A DNA stretch of 32,000 bases, taken from assembly GCF_051201565.1 (NCBI RefSeq), contig NZ_CP179200.1:60001-92000 (forward strand), written 5' to 3'. Below are positions 30,806-32,000 of this stretch, piece after piece; position 1 is the first letter of the stretch; each line of letters begins with the position of its first letter. A program made the position numbers and the translations under genes. The DNA is from Pseudothioglobus sp. nBUS_23 (GTDB taxonomy: Bacteria; Pseudomonadota; Gammaproteobacteria; PS1; Pseudothioglobaceae). The notes below the pieces were generated by a model. The model worked only from the letters and a program-made list of their open reading frames with translations, was not told the origin of the DNA and did no database searches.

Positions 30806-32000
30806 ATGAAAAAAATATTATTTATATTTGTTTTGTCTTTGTACTCTATTCAAGGATTGGCCTCATCATGTCCTGATGGAAGCGAACCAGTTAAAAGTAT
30901 CTCTGATGATGGCACTTATTTTGTTTTCAATTGCCCTGATCAAGTATCTCCTGATACTGATACTAATAAAGGTCTTATTAAATCTAATGACATTAGCTTT
31001 CCAGGTAAATTTTATACAACAGAAATTAGCGCCTGTAATGCCTTAGTCCCCGTATCTTTTAGCTTGAATTCTTCTATTAATCTTGTTAAAGGTTTAGTTG
31101 GCTATGATTGGCATGCTGATTGGGAGGCAAACAGTAATTCCATGAATGTTTATCATCAAAAAATTACAGAACCAATGAATATGCTAATGGCAGCAACGCA
31201 TAACGCATTGGGAAACGATTATCAAGCTAATATTAGCATAGCTAAAAACTTGTTAATAGAACTGGCTAAAACAGATACCTTGTATGACAGTATTGGCTAT
31301 ATTGAAGTCAGAAAGAAACCTGGTTGCTATGCCGGTGGTGATATAAATGCACCCTGCTGGTACCATGAATATCAATTCGCCAGTAACGTATTTTCAAATT
31401 ACATGATTACTGCATTATGGTTGCGAGATGAACTCAACGAGCAGGAGTTTGAGATTGTAGATAAGTACATCAAAAAGATGTACAAAAAGTTTCTACAGCC
31501 AATAGAACTTCAGGAAGAGGAGCAGGGTTTTTATGCCATGGCTAATGGTGGCACATCAATTCTTGCATACGCATCTTGGACAAATGATAAAGAGCTTGCT
31601 GCAGAAGAAATAAATCACAGGTTTAAAGAAATGGATAGGCTATTCTATGATGATGGCTACATAAACAACAATTCATTCAGAGGATATAGAGGTCAATGGT
31701 ACCACTCTTATGGATTAGATATTGCACTTGGTTACGTCTATATTGCGGAATTATGGGGCGCAGAGATTCCAGACAAACTTCAAAACAAATTAGTTAAAGC
31801 ATCAGAAGTTGTAAACCTAGCTATAACTGATTGGGACAAGTTTAAAAGCAGAAAGTATGACGGCAATCAAAGTAATGCTATTAATGACCCAAATAATGCC
31901 ATAAAGCACACTCACCAAGTCGCAATTGCAATAGACACACTAATGAAAATTGTCACTGGTGTAGAACTCGAGTACGACCCTGTGTACCTTCAAAAAAGAA
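30806..32000 (+). CDS. Secreted AlgL/PL5-like alginate-lyase-family protein with N-tag (array gene G; 3' end outside the window)
   Basis: Not in the ORF track because no stop occurs in the window. My own translation from ATG 30806 is open to the edge: MKKILFIFVLSLYSIQGLASSCPDGSEPVKSISDDGTYFVFNC...YINNNSFRGYRGQWYHSYGLDIALGY. The last block matches the N..K/R..R....YHNYAL block of AlgL-type lyases in sequence and in spacing. Confidence 0.6.
   Translation, partial: MKKILFIFVLSLYSIQGLASSCPDGSEPVKSISDDGTYFVFNCPDQVSPDTDTNKGLIKSNDISFPGKFYTTEISACNALVPVSFSLNSSINLVKGLVGYDWHADWEANSNSMNVYHQKITEPMNMLMAATHNALGNDYQANISIAKNLLIELAKTDTLYDSIGYIEVRKKPGCYAGGDINAPCWYHEYQFASNVFSNYMITALWLRDELNEQEFEIVDKYIKKMYKKFLQPIELQEEEQGFYAMANGGTSILAYASWTNDKELAAEEINHRFKEMDRLFYDDGYINNNSFRGYRGQWYHSYGLDIALGYVYIAELWGAEIPDKLQNKLVKASEVVNLAITDWDKFKSRKYDGNQSNAINDPNNAIKHTHQVAIAIDTLMKIVTGVELEYDPVYLQKR

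Noticed and set aside
30828-31046. Track ORF of 72 aa (MFCLCTLFKDWPHH...)
   Set aside because: It is an alternative frame inside gene G. The frame starting at 30806 encodes the conserved leader and tag and stays open to the window end.
19018-32000. A polymorphic toxin / immunity locus, given shared N-terminal regions with variable downstream domains
   Set aside because: No small immunity-like ORFs follow the genes. The variable parts are central enzymatic or propeller domains rather than C-terminal toxin tips. There are no secretion-system markers (Rhs/YD, PAAR, VENN, CdiB-like) in the window.

Overview
AT-rich chromosome segment. The tesA<->ybbA-ybbP and dolP<->rsmI gene order suggests a Gammaproteobacterium, perhaps marine; that is a guess. 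It has three parts.
(1) 1-8.7 kb is ordinary housekeeping: a possible truB tail, purD, rnhB, a BON lipoprotein, rsmI, a [2Fe-2S] ferredoxin-like gene, tesA, ybbA/ybbP and coaE. It ends at a tRNA-Met(CAU) gene at 8702-8778.
(2) 8779-18649 is a ~9.9 kb integrated element. It is bounded by a perfect 46-nt direct repeat of the tRNA 3' half. Its core is P4-like: integrase, a translationally coupled unknown gene, an iteron-rich ori-like region, a Toprim primase operon and AlpA. Its cargo is a LysR regulator, DoxX and DUF2798 membrane proteins, a CoiA-like nuclease and small proteins.
(3) 18650 to the window end is the most unusual part. It holds seven co-oriented genes for secreted proteins assembled from interchangeable modules. 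There are three 5' leader types, and six of the seven genes carry a conserved 22-residue C-x20-C tag. The cores are FG-GAP propellers, AlgL-like domains or a jelly-roll lyase-like domain. Two different C-terminal modules are shared between genes. Most genes follow a ~110-125 bp intergenic cassette that ends in a TATAAT box. That cassette occurs nine times in the window, whole or in part, including inside the integrated element.
Homology downstream of the two att copies runs ~320 bp past the tRNA segment. Each copy carries its own tandem arm-like repeat there. This suggests tandem islands at one tRNA, with the secreted array as possible cargo of a second element. I saw no CRISPR array, rRNA, transposase or integron integrase. 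All functional calls come from motif recognition by eye and need HMM or BLAST confirmation.
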